DNA of 63,724 bases, counting the filler, from Lenisia limosa (taxonomy: Eukaryota > Protista > Breviatea): NCBI GenBank assembly GCA_001655205.1. It is 16 parts of 16 records of this genome, joined end to end, with 100 filler letters (N's around TTAATTAATTAA, not from the genome) between each part and the next. Parts side by side here need not be neighbours in the genome. Positions count along the whole stretch, not along the records: positions 1 to 5,975 come from LPNZ01002041.1; positions 6,076 to 13,951 come from LPNZ01011653.1; 14 more parts are not named here. The stretch is one strand, 5' to 3'. Both the position numbers and the translations under genes were made by a program. A model generated the notes under the pieces. It was given only the letters and a program-made list of their open reading frames with translations. It had not been told where the DNA came from and made no database searches. How positions within the stretch are numbered: the stretch's first letter is position 1; every line of letters begins with the position of its first letter. Positions 1 to 12,990 of the stretch are shown in pieces.

Positions 1-23
1 GGGAGAGAGAGAGAGAGAGAGAG
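1..23. repeat. (GA)n microsatellite
   Basis: GAGAGA.. run at the window start. Other microsatellites: (TATATAG)n 17550-17591, (TTCGG)n about 32022-32041, (TAC/TAA)n about 33200-33256, (AAC)n about 42074-42094. Confidence 0.9.
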
Positions 24-144
24 TATGTCTGTACCTATATGTATGTGTGTGTGAGGCAGGTAATAAGAGAAACTTGGGGATCTTTCAAACGTTAGCTCTG
101 GACACACAAGAGGGCTCAGCCCTGTGGATCGCCCCCCCCCCTAC

Positions 145-2187
145 CCTGATAATAGCCTCTAGGATGTACTCTTGAGCAATGGGGTCGCGGCATGAGATGG
201 TTTGGTCAAGGAGAAGGGGGAGTACGTTCTATTTCAATTAATCCATCATTGTAAGTAAAGAAACAACACAATAAACTTGGACTTGCTTTCGCCAAGAAAT
301 ATACACTGAAAGATTGCTAATTATTGCAGCTTACCAGACCCAAGGTTACCAACCTGAACGTAAAGCTCGGGAGTGAGCCCATCAAGATTGGACAGGACAA
401 CGAGGTTGGTTCCGACAAGCTGGCGCAGCTGCTTGCGGTCTGTAACGGATCTCTTTTGTTCGTGGGCTGAGCCCTGGTGGCCCATACGTACCCAAAGCTT
501 GTTCATCTACGCTGTAAAAAAATGTATTAATATATATATAACTTCATTTCTAAGCACTATTTCACAGGAGAAACTACCAACGTAGACGACAACAAAAGGA
601 AAACAGCAAAATGCGGTACCCCCCTCCCCCACCTCGGTGAAATTACCCAGAACAAAGTCCAGACTATCTCTCACGTTGCCATGTCTGGAACATGACGCAA
701 AACAATCGGGTTCTCCTTATGGAAAAAGAAGAATGGGAATATATGAAGGATACTTCAACGTAAATGCTAAATTATAGTCATATCTGTTGGCGGCCTTTCG
801 ACCCACTCGTTTGAGGTTTCAACGTCTGGTAATTTGTCCTTGAAGGAAGACAGGAGGTGGTGGCGAAGGAAGAGTCCTGGTATTTATTAATCTAATTACT
901 CCTCCAACTTTGTTTCGATGGTATCAATAAATATGGAACGTACCACCTACCTCTAGTGGGATGCTGCACTCCACGGCACATCTCAACCAAATCACGAAGA
1001 AGGTCTAGGGTAATCAGAAATACATATATCTGCTACATTTGAGAGTATGAAACAATATTCTTATTATTCCATATAATATCAATAACACACTATAATATAA
1101 TGTATATCATATACAATATCATACCCTATATACAATATGAAATAGTAGTATAATATTTATACCGTTACGTAGGAAAACAATAACTCTCCCCGTTACCGCG
1201 AGTTTTAACCTCGTCAGTTCCGACGTAAACTGCTCCGACTGTCACAAGAAGATAGCTAAACCAGTCACAAAGAAGAATACATTTTAAATAAGGAAAATCT
1301 AGCAAAAAAAAGAGTTAAAAAAACAAAAAAAAAAAGCAAGACAGATGAAACATTGAATGACAAGAAGACATATTGAAAAACAAAAAAAAAGCAAGCCATG
1401 TTGCTAAAGGAACCACAATAAGTATCAAGAGCACCCTCAACAAACAGCCTGGGAACGATGTTGCCGGCGTATTGAACAAGCTCATAAAGGTCAGCCATGG
1501 GTTGGCCTTCAGTTTTGAGGGCTTTGAGCGAGGAAGACAGCTGGATGAGATGTGTTGACACATCAGTGACTAGAGCAGTAAGTCAAAAAAAAAAAAAAAA
1601 AAAAAAANNNNNNNNNNNNNNNNNNNNNNNNNNNNNNNNNNNNNNNNNNNNNNNNNNNNNNNNNNNNNNNNNNNNNNAAACCCAGCAAACAGAGCTCATA
1701 ATATGTGACGGGATTAAGTTCTGAGGTTCTGAGTTCGGCAATCATGTTGGCGGCAAAACGAAGAGCTTCCATGACGTCTTTCTTCTCCTGAAACAATCAA
1801 AAGCGGCAGGATTAAGAAATACGCTTTCAAAATCGACTATCACCAGAATATTCAACTTTGTTCCTCTTTCACTGGGAAACTAAGTGCAGCTTAGGAGGTT
1901 TTCACCAGCCATTCAAAATTTTAACCATTTATAATCCTGTTAAACAAGGAGAGAAGAAAAGAGGTGAATTCCTTTCACGGGGAAACACCAAAATGTTCTC
2001 CAATTTTGAGTCCACGCACCAAAGCATCAGCCATTCTGTACATGTTGTCGCTGACAGCTCTCTGACCAATCCTAAGGAGGTGTCTCTGTTCCTCCTCATA
2101 GGTCATTGGAGTTTGATCGTTCTTCCGCGACTAGAAAGTAAAAACAAATTAATGGCTTTCTTGATTTATCTTATCCCTATATACCAT
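145..2187 (-). CDS. VPS35: Vacuolar protein sorting 35 (retromer cargo-selective subunit), multi-exon N-terminal part; 3' end runs off the window
   Basis: Spliced minus-strand exons give [86 protein letters not shown]|MNKLWVRM and [24 protein letters not shown], all hallmark Vps35 motifs. GT-AG junctions are consistent. ATG at 2187 is inferred (3-nt first exon). Confidence 0.95.
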
Positions 2188-2339
2188 AGTAAATTGGTTT
2201 CAAGTGGATACGCGCGAAAAGACTAAACTTGAAACCTGAAAACGGTTGCTGAATGTGGACAACAGAATCACTAAAACTGCACTAAAATACTAATAGCGCT
2301 TAAACAGAAAAAGAAAAATCTCAAAATTGTTTTAAATAT

Positions 2340-4560
2340 TTTGAAATCCCAGGGGGTCAGAAATCCTGTGATTTATCCGAAAAAGGCAAGTCAGTCTGAG
2401 ACCCGTAGTTATTCGGAATGCAAACAAAACATCCAAAACTAAAGTCAGTGTCTCTGTGTCATATTTCAAGACGAGAACAAAAGCCGGCAGCTGTAACTCG
2501 TGTACCATTCTCCTCGTCCAATTGAAAGCGAAGTCTGTCTGGTCACGCATCTGTAGCAGGCGACCTCTTACATTCACAACTCCAACGACCCACCATGTGA
2601 CATGTGAATATAAAGTCTTTTGAATTACAATAGTAAGCCTGAAGTACCTAAAGAGCCCTTCGAAGTGTTGAATTTGTCACGAACGACGGGTAATTGGATC
2701 CTGTATTATAAGATTTACTAATGAGCGCGTACTCAAAACTCAGTTTTTTTCATTTGTTAATCATACAACTGTTATTTACTTTTGCTTTAGATAATGGAAG
2801 AAGACATAAATATTGACAATGTGTTTCGACCTATTATACCTGAACCCATTTCATCACCGGTTTGCAAAGTGATATTAATTTCACCCCCCCCCCCCNNNNN
2901 NNNNNNNNNNNNNNNNNNNNNNNNNNNNNNNNNNNNNNNNNNNNNNNNNNNNNNNNNNNNNNNNNNNNNNNNNNNNNNNNNNCCACTTCGTTTCCACCAT
3001 CAACACCGTCTCCTCCGATAACTTTTCCAAATATGTTGGCAATTGGCAACTGGCAAGTAGTAATCGTATTTTTTATGGTCAACGGTTGTGTATTAGGTCC
3101 CAGAGACACATTTTGCTTCAACTGCAATAACGAGTAAAAAGAACCATGTGTGTATAATATTTCGATATTAATTATAAACATTAGCATACATATGATATGA
3201 TATCATTTACTAATATGATATACATATCGATATGTATTATAGTAATATATGATTTACTATATGTAGTATGCTACAGAGTTGTTACCAATTTGGTGAATGT
3301 TTCCAATGATTGATGCTCTTCCAATCACAACTTTCAATAGAGCTATTGGCAGAAGCTGTTCAAGAAATAGTTAATATTCAGATTTCCAAGAGAGTCACCA
3401 AGTTCAGTTCCGCTTAACCCAAGTCCCATATCATCAAGGTAATATGCGTATCAATAATCGCTTATAGTAATAAACAAAACCAATTCTCAGGTTTTACCAG
3501 ATTAAATGTTTATAACATTCATTCTCTACTTGTTCAACTTGTACTATTCGGAATTATTTCACATTCAAACGATGAATAAGTTGCTAACTGTGAAATCCCA
3601 GATCACAATCCGCGTTTTCACAAAGTTCCGTTTCTTGCGATAGTCACCTCCAAACCCCTTCGCCACGAATGCCTCCGTGCAAAGAACAAACGTAAGAAAT
3701 CTGCCATTTTAAATTGAATGACTATTACGGATTTTCAACAGTTTTCAAGACATAGAATAGATTACTTAGATGATTACAGCTTTCAATTTTGTGTGATTCC
3801 CCTAGAAATCGTTTGAACGTTACACCTCCTATCACGATGACTGGTACTCTCCCAGTCCCGGTTTTTTCGACAATTCACCGACCTGCTCTCACAGATGATG
3901 ATATTGACGTCCTTCTTTCGGTAAGGTGGTGCAAGTTTCCAGCTTGATTTCTCATTGTAACTGTCTAACTTCTGTAGCCACCCTTCTCTCGTTCATCACC
4001 AATGGTAAATGGGAAGTAGAATATGATACAATGAGATCCTCAGTCTTGTAAACTTCTAATGTCATAGATTGGCTCATACAACACACCGTTTGCCACATCA
4101 CCCGAAACTACCATCCCAAACTTTCAAAGGTATGGAGAACAGGTCAAAATCCAAAAGAAAGATCCGTTTTGAAAATCCTCATTTATACCAAGTGAATTCA
4201 GCAGCTCTGTTTGCTCGATTTGTGGTCTAATTTGACTGATTTGTAGTTATGCCAGTCCCCCGTCACAAGTCCCCCAAAACCGAAAGCGGCAGGAATCCTC
4301 TTCACCCTTTGTTCCCCATATTCGTCCAAGCCCAGGGATGATTGCTGCTGTTGTATGATAGGGCTGGTGTTTGGTATACCTTTTGTATGTACCAAAACTA
4401 AAAAAACATCGTCAACTGAATACCCTCTTCATACACTAACTAAACTAGGGAGGTCACTTTCAGTCCCCCACCAAAGTCACAAGCCTCCCAAATCCCCCAG
4501 GAGGACAATTAAAACGGAAAAGAGTTGAACATATTTCAATACCTGGTAGGTCAACCGCTA
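2340..4560 (-). CDS. Hypothetical intron-rich gene(s); structure and strand of the 2.3-3.1 kb part unresolved
   Basis: Short open exon-like blocks bounded by GT/AG (e.g. FGTYKRYTKHQPYHTTAAIIPGLGRIWGTK; GVLYEPIYDIRSLQD; LKQNVSLGPNTQPLTIK). No confident family match. Confidence 0.3.
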
Positions 4561-4757
4561 TTAATTATTGAAAGTGTTCTGACAATCAAGGGGGACAATT
4601 CAACATGTAACTTAGGCATTTGAAGTGTATTTAATATTATTTTACATGTATTATGTTTATTGTGGAATATCATTGTTGGGTTATTAAATGTCACAAGAAA
4701 CCACATTGATGGTGGGGTTGGAGAAGAAAAACTGAATAATATGTTATGACAATAAGT

Positions 4758-5440
4758 TTAGTTCTTCTTCTTACGTCTGCGGCGTTTGCCTAAAGAGTAA
4801 AGGAAGCTTTTTCAATGCTTCATAGAACACGAAATAGTGTTACATTTCTCACCTTCAGATTTGGTTTGGTTGTTGTTTGATGATGAAACTACAGCATCCT
4901 TTTCAGCGTTTTGCTTCTCGGATTCAGCCTATTGGTTAACTTTCACAAAAAGGAAAAAACTTATTATCTTCTGTAAATAATCAGCTTTTATTAATATAGT
5001 GCCTGGCTGGCTTATATGTACATTTGTTGACAATTCCGTTTCCACTCCCACCAGTTCCTCAATTTTTTTTGTAATTGTAGCCTTGAATTCAACAAACTCC
5101 TTCATCGCATTTTCATCATCCTGTATCGTAAGAAGAAAAAGAAGAAAAAGGAGTTGAGAAAAGGAAAAGAACAAGAATAACATATGAGAAGCCAAAAATG
5201 AGAATCGTACCTTCTTTTTGGCTATCCCTTCAAGTTCTTGAAGATATTCGTTCATTCTGCTTCTTTCGGAAGGGATGAGGCAATAAATAAGAACCAATGT
5301 TCTCAGTCTATACAGTCAAAAAAAAGGCCAAAAGTGCTTGAAACAACAAAACGTGCGTACTCTTCCTGATATTGCTCGCTTTCCTTATCAAGACGATGGA
5401 TAATGTTGAGGACTGGGCTGGCATTGCGCATTAGCATTGT
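4758..5440 (-). CDS. Hypothetical helical protein with basic C-terminus (GKRRRRKKKN*), multi-exon
   Basis: Exons NASPVLNIIHRLDKESEQYQEEYA / LRTLVLIYCLIPSERSRMNEYLQELEGIAKKK / DDENAMKEFVEFK.. / AESEKQNAEKD.. / GKRRRRKKKN-TAA, joined by GT-AG introns. Confidence 0.5.
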
Positions 5441-5550
5441 TAGCATATTCTAAATCAAAATGAGCTGAGAACTTGAGAAATATATCAACAAATAATCGGA
5501 GTAGGAGGGGGGTGAAAAAATAGAGAAAAAAAAAGGAGAAAAAAAAGGAG

Positions 5551-5558
5551 AAAAAAAA
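5551..5558 (-). terminator. Pol III oligo-T terminator of tRNA-Tyr
   Basis: T8 run on the minus strand immediately downstream of the tRNA 3' end. Confidence 0.75.
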
Positions 5559-5559
5559 T

Positions 5560-5647
5560 TCCGTCGAACCAGAATCGAACTGGTGACCTGCGGATTTCCG
5601 TATTGATATTCTACAGTCCGATGCTCTACCAACTGAGCTACCGACGG
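5560..5647 (-). tRNA. tRNA-Tyr(GTA) with a 15-nt canonical intron (5596-5610)
   Basis: Minus strand reads CCGTCGG-TA-GCTCAGTTGGTAGAGC-A-TCGGA-CT-GTA-G-[AATATCAATACGGAA]-A-TCCGC-AGGTC-ACCAG-TTCGATT-CTGGT-TCGACGG-A. Acceptor, D and T stems pair; the intron lies one base 3' of the anticodon. Confidence 0.97.
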
Positions 5648-5975
5648 CGATAAATTTGGAAATCAATAATTCAAAGCCAGTCGTAGTTTTTTCTCGAAAT
5701 TTTTCGATCCTCATGACCAATTGGCCCAGACCACCGCCCCACTCCAGAAGAGATCACCCTCCCTCCAGTCCGTCCGTCCACTGCCACCGCTCTCTTATGT
5801 ATCTTTTTTATCTTTGTTTTACTGAATGTTTTTACGATAAACACATTTTTTTGTCCTTTCATAAGAATGTTTTCCGATGAATACATTTTTTGTCCTTTCA
5901 AAATCCGCCTTTCCACTCCAGTCCGTCCCCGTCCACTCCGCCGCCGCTCTCCTATGTATCTTTTTTATCTTTGTT

Positions 5976-6075
5976 NNNNNNNNNNNNNNNNNNNNNNNNN
6001 NNNNNNNNNNNNNNNNNNNTTAATTAATTAANNNNNNNNNNNNNNNNNNNNNNNNNNNNNNNNNNNNNNNNNNNN
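5976..6075. other. Artificial scaffold linker N..TTAATTAATTAA..N (first of 15)
   Basis: Identical 12-mer with stops in all six frames, inside about 100 N, at 6020, 13996, 19224, 22501, 24851, 26393, 32518, 34609, 36684, 41659, 43834, 57430, 58920, 60052 and 61796. Confidence 0.98.
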
Positions 6076-8480
6076 TTCTATCAAGGAAAATGTTCATTTG
6101 GCTTGCTTTCGTGTGATATTCAATAATTACATATTTAATCCCAACTACCTCCAAGATAGCTTCAGAATTGACACTAGTTTCCTTTGACTTGTTTCTTTTC
6201 TTTTGGGTTAACTCATTTATGAGGATTTCAGCAGCGTTGAAAAGTTCCACAGCATAATCCTCCTGATTATCCAGATCATGTTGATACTGAATTGGTGAAA
6301 CAATCAATGAATTGAATTGGAACAGTAATTATTTCCATTGTCCCCGCACCACCCCCAAGATTGGAGTAAACAACCACATCCATCCCACTTCAGTTTCATT
6401 TCCTTCTACCTTATCCAAATGTAACATAAAAACAGTTTTCAATTCAAATACGAATCAATATAAACTGCAACGTAGATCAATCCCTCCTCACTTCCTCAAA
6501 CGTCATTACTCTGACTGGTACTTTTGTTGTTTTGAAGTACACAGCTCCACCGTTGATCTTTTGGAACATCTATAGATGGATTAAAAATCACAACAAAACA
6601 TCATCAGTACATATCCTATTCTGATATAAAGGCAGTTAGTTATATTAAATCCACAAACTACTAAGCAAAGGTGGTCACTGCTTATTGAGAGAAACTCATT
6701 TAAATCATCGGGGAAGAGCGGAATTTTCTTGGCACCGGGTGGATGGATTGAGAACTGACGACGAAGTGCCTTAAGACGTTGATTATATTAAGCAGATATA
6801 ATAACTTAAGAGTACACGATACGGTACTAAAAATGGCCCGTTTGTTGTATTGGAGTAAATCTAAAGAAGCAATACATGTGAATGAAACTATCATTCAATA
6901 TGATAAATTATTATGTCTTTACCGACTTTAGATCACAAGTTGACCTCCCTTACAAAAGTATCTATTTCCGAGTCCATTTTCACTAATTCAGACACATCTG
7001 TTACTGCAACTGACACCCATCTGCAATTGTCTTGTCCAATATACTGAAGACAGTCAAATGCAAAAGGTTGATAGTGAGTCTAATTCAACATATCTGTTAG
7101 AATATATTATACCAGTTCCATTGTATTTTTGACAAATAGTTGTCAGAAAAAGAGTACAATTTGAGAGTCTGTCACATCAACATTAATAGTAGGACAATAC
7201 TTACCGAAGCAATGGCACTACTGCGAACAGGGCAATCCTCACGGTCAATGCTGTAGTATGTTCCTGATAACGCCTGAAACGGCTTGAAAGAAATAAAAAT
7301 GAGAATTAGTATATCATATGATTAATAAATACTGATAGTAGAAGGGAAATCAAAGTAATCAATCTTTGAAATGCTGTTGACTGCTTAATCGTGTGTATAT
7401 ATCTCCCGTCAAACCTCAGTTGGATGATCAATTGGTTGATAAGCTTGAATAGCTTTAATAGCAAGATAGTCCAACTAAACAAATAAACAACAAATATGTC
7501 AGCTCTGCAAAAATTCAACATTCACATAAAACTCGAATTGGTTTTCTATGTTCGAATTCCATGCAGAGTCCTGAAGATTCACCAAAAGCCTACTTCTTTA
7601 GTTACAGGCATTGAATCAAATGTTGCTAAGTTGAGACGAGCCCAGTACTCCCAAGGAAACTCAGGGGGCGATTCAATTGTGAAAACAATCTGAAATATTT
7701 TGTGAAATAATTGGGAGGTTAAAAAAACAAATCCAAACCTCGCCAGTGAGATGATAACTTTTAGGGTTCCAACGGTCAACTCTAAGAACAGAAAGGGCAT
7801 TAACACCTGTGAATAGATAGAATTAGCAATTGTATAGGTAGTAGTGTTAATCACTATTAACCACACGCAACTACCTTCAGATGATTATATATCATGATGA
7901 AAACTTACTTTGAATACTAATCATTCAAGTATATGACACAGTATTACAGCGAGACAAAGATAATTTTATCATACCTGGAGGAGTTGGAGGCAGGCTCTTT
8001 GGAATAATCAACGGAACCTTGATAGTTAGTTATCCAGAAAATTCAGGAAAATAGATCAAAACTGATGACCAATGTGTTGAAATGTTTAACAATACAGGAA
8101 ACAGACAAGAAGGATACTTGTTTAAAGTATTCTCTCAAACCGAAGGGTCTATTGGAATATAAAGGGCATTGCTCCATCTACAGATTACAAGTCGCCCTTC
8201 ATAATCTCCATTTGGTCGAAGCTCATTGCCGAATTGGACTCGATATTCAGGAATTGCCTTCTAATCGGTTGTAAATATTATCCAAGTGAGTGTAGTTTTT
8301 AATAAACTCTCCCCCCTACATTATCTGGAGTGACACTGTAAAGCACTACTGATCCGTTCATAACGCCTTCCTTCCAATGCGAACGGTCAACTTCCAAAGG
8401 GCCTGTGGTACCGCTCGAAGGCTGTGGGGATTGAACACAGTGAGATAACTTTATTGAAAAAAGTAATCTGTGCAACAGAA
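6076..8480 (-). CDS. Hypothetical multi-exon gene(s), including a multi-pass membrane segment
   Basis: Exon-like blocks EQCPLYSNRPFG, FWITNYQGSVDDIPKSLPPTPP, and hydrophobic FLELTVGTLKVIISLARFGF..FTIESPPEFPWEYWARLNLATFDSMP..GFW. In-frame stops coincide with short GT-AG introns. Confidence 0.4.
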
Positions 8481-8569
8481 TGCCTGAAATTTAAGAATAC
8501 AACAGTTATGTAATATAAGTCCATGAATGTTTTTTATTACAACTTTCAATATACACTAAATATGAAGAC

Positions 8570-11500
8570 TACTGAATTGCTAGTACTGATTTTCCAACCC
8601 CCAAACGATGATTGTCATTCTCGTATTTCTGTAGCGCTGATACGTTCCAATACATATAGATGATTTGGAAATATCAATATCCGTGAGTTTGAGAGCTTTT
8701 CTGTAAAGATTATAGTTTATTTCAGGTTCAACATATCACAATATGTTTTAATAATACGATCTCTGTTGATGAAAACATAAAACTTTTATGAAGTGCAATT
8801 CAACATGATGCCTTACACGTTAGTGCTTGGAAGAAATTGTCTTTTGTTGCCGTTATTGTTCTGCATATTTTATGAGTGCATGTTTTTCAAAAATAAAATA
8901 TACCTCATCCTTTGCAAGTAAGAAATCAATGCGGCCAAGATTGGAGTCTCCTTTGATGAAGTTGGCAAGCTGCTCCGAGGAGTACTGGTGATTAGTGTAC
9001 ATTTACACATCCCTGTCCGAATTTGATTTATGCATATCATATAGATATATTCTATATGATATACTATATCATATAGTGTATCATATATTATAATGTCAAA
9101 TAAAAACAGTAAAAGTTGAAAGCCACAATTATGCAAGATTACCCGCCATTACCCACCATTGAAGCAATCTCAGCATATTCATCACAACATTCCAGTTGTG
9201 CTGATATGCCAAGGTTTTCACGGGTCTCAATATGTTGCTTCGCCTAATAAAGTTAATTAAATGATGGAGGAATGTGTAATTGAGCTTAAGAAGATAAAAA
9301 CTAAAAAAAATTCCTTTAGCTCAGCAATTTTATATTCCAACACAAAAATCATCACGTCACTTACGAGTCGAATGTGGTAGTTCTTGAATTGAGAATAAAA
9401 AGGCAATCGTCCCATTCTGTTTATGATACCAACTCCAAGGCCAAGGCTTCGAGCTACCTCTGAAAACAAAATAAAACTTGACCAAAATTTTGAAAATGAT
9501 TAAGATCCAAGGGGTTTGAAAGGAGTAGCTTCAGAGAAATGATTAAGATACAAGGGGTTTGAAAGGAGTAGCTTCAGAGAAATGATTAAGATCCAAGGGG
9601 TTTGAAAGGAGTAACTTCAGAGAAATGATTAAGATCCAAGGGGTTTGAAAGGAGTAGCTTCAGAGAAATGATTAAGATCCAAGGGGTTTGAAAGGAGTAG
9701 CTTCAGAGGAATGATTAAGATCCAAGGGGTTTGAAAGGAGTAGCTTCAGAGAAATGATTAAGATCCAAGNNNNNNNNNNNNNNNNNNNNNNNNNNNNNNN
9801 NNNNNNNNNNNNNNNNNNNNNNNNNNNNNNNNNNNNNNNNNNNNNNNNNNNNNNNNNNNNNNNNNNNNNNNNNNNNNNNNNNNNNNNNNNNNNNNNNNNN
9901 TCCAAGGGGTTTGAAAGGAGAAATTTGAGGTACATATTGTTTAGTAACGAATACCATGATGTTTGACATTTTAGGATTCAAAATACTCTTTTTAAAAGCC
10001 AGAATTACTCCAACCAGATCTGTTGAATACGATAGACTGGCAAGCAGCAGCTTACTGTTTCTTACGCGGGGCAGAAAGGAACCATTCCCAAGTAACATAA
10101 TTCGGCTTGTAGGGCCGGCAAATCTAATGGATAATTCAATCAAAGTATGAAAATTATTGAGAGCATTACCAAAATTTAAGTGTTAGGCCTAGTTAAAATG
10201 GAAGTATACCAAAGAGGCATCTCATTCCATGATCCTACTGAATAGCTTGTAAAACGTCTACTTCAAAACACTGATCAACCTCGTCAACAATAACTAGATC
10301 AAATGGACTATTTCTAAGGCCTACATTTGTAAACAGTTTAACTCATATGAAAGTTTCTATTACCAACCTTTCTGTGCAAGCGCATTGCACACATCAAGAG
10401 AACACACGGTAATATAGGTCCTTAACAAAACCTGCTACAATGAGTATACAATTATAAAGGTCATATTATTGGTAAAATGCAAATGAACACACATTTTTGG
10501 GAGGGAAGTCAACTCTGCAAATTTGACCATTGCTTGCTTCACAAAGAGCTGATCTAAAATGTGATGTATCATAATCTCGGTAGACATACCCGTCATTTTT
10601 CAAAAGTAGGCAATCTTTCTTATTGGTCATTTGAGAATAGTACCTAAAACGAGTTAGAGCAAAATAGAGTCCAAAATTCATTCTGCCGCACATTTCCGCC
10701 GATAATTCATTGACAGTGCAGACTAAGACTTTTACATTATCAATTCGACGAACTTGCTAATTAGGTAAGCACTCGACACTCATTACTGTCCAACCTGTAA
10801 AGTTTCTATCACGACTTGGCTACATTCTTCTCCGGATACTATCACAGGAGCAAGTGGATTGTCTACACCATTAATCAAAAAATTTATGTTCTCTTTAAGA
10901 GCGGATTGATATCAATATGTATATCTCATTTATTAAAATTGTCGAAAACCTACCATCTGTTCCAGAATTGAACAAAGTTTGAATAGAGACAATTTGGTTA
11001 CCATCCAGTCCATCAGAGAACTGAAAAAGTAACATACGCAACTGGAGTTACAGTTGTAAATTTAAAAAATAAACTGAATATTGAATATTAAATTATAATT
11101 TGACAACAAACCGAAAGAGCTTCTTTGAATGGCTTGATAACGGAAGTTGTTAAACAAGACTGAGGGAAGANNNNNNNNNNGAGTTGATGGCCATTCGAAC
11201 AGCCTGAATTTGTTAAAATATACATCTACGTAAGTCATGACCTGTTTTGATTATAAGAAGGTACCATTTCGAGAATATCATAAAGTTACCTTGAACTTGG
11301 ACTTATTGATGATATGTTCTGAGTTTCTGTTCTAAGTAAAATTAGTTAAGGGCCTTGGGTACCTTAATTGAAATTGGCCTCTGACTGATATTTGATTAAA
11401 TACAAGTAAGAGTTTTATTAATCGGTTGGTTTTCTCCTGTTGGAGAAATTTGATGCCTTTACATTCAAAAGTGAAACCCATTAGAAATTTATCGAACTCC

Positions 11501-12990
11501 TCAATACACCCACCAAATGATCTTCTTCAAGAAATAATGCGTTCTGGAGGCTTTGAACGTAATTCTCATATGTACGAACCTATAGCGTAACATCTATCAT
11601 CCTGTACAGTACAGAAATGCCTATAAAACTGACATTATTACCTTTTTCACAGACTTCCAATTGACAAGAGAGAGAGCAGCCTTAATACTGTTCACCATCG
11701 CAAAGTCATCAGGTTGCTTTAAGTTTGAGTATTGTCCATTAGCACCTAAAGCGATATCAGATTCCGCTGAAGACCCTTTGGCGTGAATGAATCATAGAGA
11801 TTGGCTAACTGGGAGTTTTAAATGCGGTCTTACTCTTCCTGATGACAAAATCCTTGTCAAAAGCCGCAAGGTGAAGAAGCTACATATTTAAACAATAAAT
11901 GATTTCCATGCTCTATTATCATCAAACAACATATATTTAAAAATTTTCCTTACATCTGGATTGAAGATGTTGAACCTGACCGGTAACTGCTGTGAAATCT
12001 TGAAATATTAATATTGTCTTAAAATTCTTTATTAGGAAACATAATACAAGGTCATATTTTAACAGTCACAGTTATATTTAACAAGAATTTAAAATTCGGC
12101 CTTTTTATTAACAACATAATCAAGTAACCAGTTAGTGATTCTTTATGAATAATAACATACATGGCTGTTTTTATCACGCCAGTCTTTGCTCGAAGGTATC
12201 TCTAAAAATGTGACAATAAATGGAAACGCTTGGTCTTTCATTGCAAATATAACAAAAACAAACTACTATGACTATTTTTAAAAAGGCTTGAAAATGAATT
12301 CATTCATACGTTTTGATCTCGACTTTGTCTTCGGTTGTCTTCGAGGTTTGTCAATTTTCTACAAAATAAAACTCTCAAGTTGCGATTCAAAAAGTTTGCA
12401 GCAAACCAGCACTTCAAAAATAAGATTGAATAAACCTACGTTTCTATTAAGGCTCTTCCACTGTCTTAACAAAACTGGTTTCTAGAAAACAATTAGAAGA
12501 ATAACCTTTTTACCCCGCCTTATCTTTACCAACCATTTTCTTGAAACTAGTCTGAACAAATCTAGTCGATTCTAAAACCTTAATACATACACATATTCAT
12601 GAATTTGCAATATGTAACAAATATTTTCTTCATTTGAATGTGAATCAATCATTAATAAATCACCACGAGAAGAACGAAAAACCTCGATATCTAGCTTACT
12701 CAGATATCTTTGGTAAATTTTCCTCCTGAAATACGCCCCTTGTACGCTGACCTGTAATATTAAACCATATTGAAGGCAATATATTATATTTAAAAATAAT
12801 CAAGAATTTAAAACAAATGATATATTCTTTTTACTAATCTCATTTTTGGTGATTGAAATTTGAACGGACTGACATAATAATATGAGACCACTGAAATCAA
12901 CAGTCTTCAGAACACGACATAGCTCCCCACTCACTCTTTGTGACACCCTCTGTCGTTTTCTTTTGTGAGAGAGTGGGTAGAGCTTGCGAA
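8570..12990 (-). CDS. Large hypothetical multi-exon protein, possibly containing a VWA-like segment
   Basis: Many GT-AG-bounded exons (ISQQLPVRFNIFNPD|LLHLAAFDKDFVIRK; FSDGLDGNQIVSIQTLFNSG; RRIDNVKVLVCTVNELSAEMCGRMNFGLY; SEVARSLGLGVGIINRMGRLPF). The VWA suggestion rests only on the FSDG motif. Confidence 0.35.
9494..9919. repeat. 43-bp minisatellite (AAATGATTAAGATCCAAGGGGTTTGAAAGGAGTAGCTTCAGAG)n, probably intronic
   Basis: Units start at 9494, 9537, 9580, 9623, 9666, 9709 and 9752, and the array continues across the N gap to about 9919. Units are head-to-tail with no spacers. Confidence 0.97.

Noticed and set aside
3640-4400. LCAT/phospholipase A2-like assignment for the 2.3-4.6 kb gene
   Set aside because: Only vague similarity (IIPGLG, YDIR); no GHSxG nucleophile motif could be assembled.
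6020-6031. TTAATTAATTAA as a biological motif (e.g. piggyBac TTAA site or regulatory element)
   Set aside because: It is always embedded in about 100 N at fixed spacing: an artificial six-frame-stop scaffold linker. ORFs in the track that start or end there are artefacts.
7306-7866. Non-standard genetic code (UGA=Trp or stop readthrough), suggested by in-frame stops here, at 11200-11850 and at 51960-52140
   Set aside because: Where parsed, the stops fall inside short GT-AG introns. Conserved genes (RAB1, PRIM2, VPS35, PMCA, ceramidase) translate cleanly with TGG for Trp, and RAB1, PRIM2, TCP1 and the ceramidase end at TAG or TAA.
9494-9919. 43-bp repeat array as a CRISPR array
   Set aside because: Units are head-to-tail with no unique spacers, no cas genes are present, and the context is eukaryotic.
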